DNA from: Christensenella sp. UBA2853
GTDB taxonomy: Bacteria > Bacillota > Clostridia > Christensenellales > Aristaeellaceae
Direction: 5' to 3'
NCBI GenBank assembly: GCA_002350845.1
Contig: DEFL01000013.1
Coordinates: 4,430-68,429, forward strand
DNA length: 64,000 nucleotides
Shown here: positions 63,469-64,000 of the stretch, in pieces
Position numbering within the stretch: the stretch's first letter is position 1
Layout of the letters: every line of letters begins with the position of its first letter
Made by a program: the position numbers and the translations under genes
The notes under the pieces: model-generated
Seen by the model: the letters and a program-made list of their open reading frames with translations, nothing else
What the model was told of the DNA's origin: nothing
The model's database searches: none

Positions 63469-63783
63469 TCTGACTGCTCCAAATACTCTTTCTTTCCGCT
63501 CCCCCCATCCCCATGAAGAGAACAGGGAAGTGCAAAGCGAGTATATCATGTCCGACAGACATGAACAACGTGTTTTTCCCATATTCTATATCACGATTCT
63601 GGTCCAATCACAATTTCTTTTCTGTTCATAAAAGGATTTATCCAGGCAATCTCGAATTGGTTAAGCTTTGGTTGTCATTATCCTGTCCTTATGGGGTCAC
63701 AGACTGATCTGAAAGCCTCTTGAACAGGATGCGCTCCCTTTGCTCGGGAGCCAACATTTTATTGTGATCGGAGTAATATCAGT

Positions 63784-64000
63784 ATGGCGTTCGCTGTATT
63801 TGCAGATGGCAGTGCCAATCTGCCCAACGACCTGCTCGACGGCATTCATCTGCTTCCCTGTGAATATACCATGGATGGTCTTCCTGAAACCTATAACGGA
63901 TCCATCGACACGTTTGACTGTCATGCGTATTATGATCAGCTGCGCAACGGACATGAGGCAAAGACCAGCCTGATCAATCCTGAGGTGTTTTTCTCCCATT
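63784..64000 (+). CDS. DegV family (fatty-acid-binding) protein, N-terminal 72 aa, continues past the right edge
   Basis: My translation: MAFAVFADGSANLPNDLLDGIHLLP...GHEAKTSLINPEVF (DegV-like D.sA.LP and kTSq.sP..f blocks); GGAG RBS 10 nt upstream. Confidence 0.6.
   Translation, partial: MAFAVFADGSANLPNDLLDGIHLLPCEYTMDGLPETYNGSIDTFDCHAYYDQLRNGHEAKTSLINPEVFFSH

Noticed and set aside
1-64000. Scan for CRISPR arrays, tRNA/rRNA genes, IS elements, integrases, phage genes and long DNA repeats
   Set aside because: No regularly spaced direct repeats, no tRNA-like or rRNA-like stretches in the short intergenic regions, and no transposase, integrase or recombinase-like ORFs. The only repeated material is diverged gene paralogs (STAS/kinase pairs, two DUF218 genes, two ABC importers, the HAD pair).

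Overview
This is a dense (about 90% coding), chromosomal-looking 64-kb window from a Gram-positive, Clostridia-like genome. Signs of that: AGGAGG-type RBSs, frequent ATGA/TTGA start-stop overlaps, and GC-stem/T-run terminators. It looks moderately GC-rich by eye; I did not compute GC. I can support about 56 CDSs plus several terminators and promoters. I saw no rRNA, tRNA, CRISPR array, transposase, integrase or phage genes. All family calls come from motif recognition by eye; no database search was possible. Left third (1-19.9 kb): two FbpABC/PotABCD-type ABC importers (one followed by a glycerophosphodiesterase), a polar-amino-acid ABC system with an embedded M20 peptidase, an AnmK / serine-hydrolase / MFS trio, a NUDIX gene, and an AAA-CYTH fusion coupled to a HAD gene. 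Middle (19.9-37.1 kb): a 17-kb block entirely on the minus strand. In transcription order it holds a 63-aa leader-peptide-like ORF overlapping an ECF sigma factor, a PG-binding DUF2233-like protein, a VanZ-VOC fusion, a polytopic DUF218 protein, an NHLM-type peptide exporter (HlyD-like, C39-peptidase ABC, second ABC), a VanX-like dipeptidase, a MATE pump fused to an RsbW-like GHKL domain, and a sigma-less partner-switching operon (STAS, unknown 200-aa protein, GHKL kinase) joined to an ABCG-like exporter. Right third: M4 metalloprotease, membrane protein, IlvD/Edd dehydratase, Fe-S aldo-keto reductase, GH2, an orphan sensor PP2C phosphatase, FeoAB with two Cys-rich small proteins, DUF218, a second partner-switching module (sensor PP2C, kinase, STAS), amylosucrase, a ParB-like/HAD pair, C69 dipeptidase, DUF3237-like, EamA, DUF89-like and a partial DegV. 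The best candidates for something undescribed are (i) the leader-like peptide hard-wired to a sigma factor near an exporter that has no other visible cargo, and (ii) the transporter-linked, sigma-less partner-switching circuitry, including the MATE-GHKL fusion.
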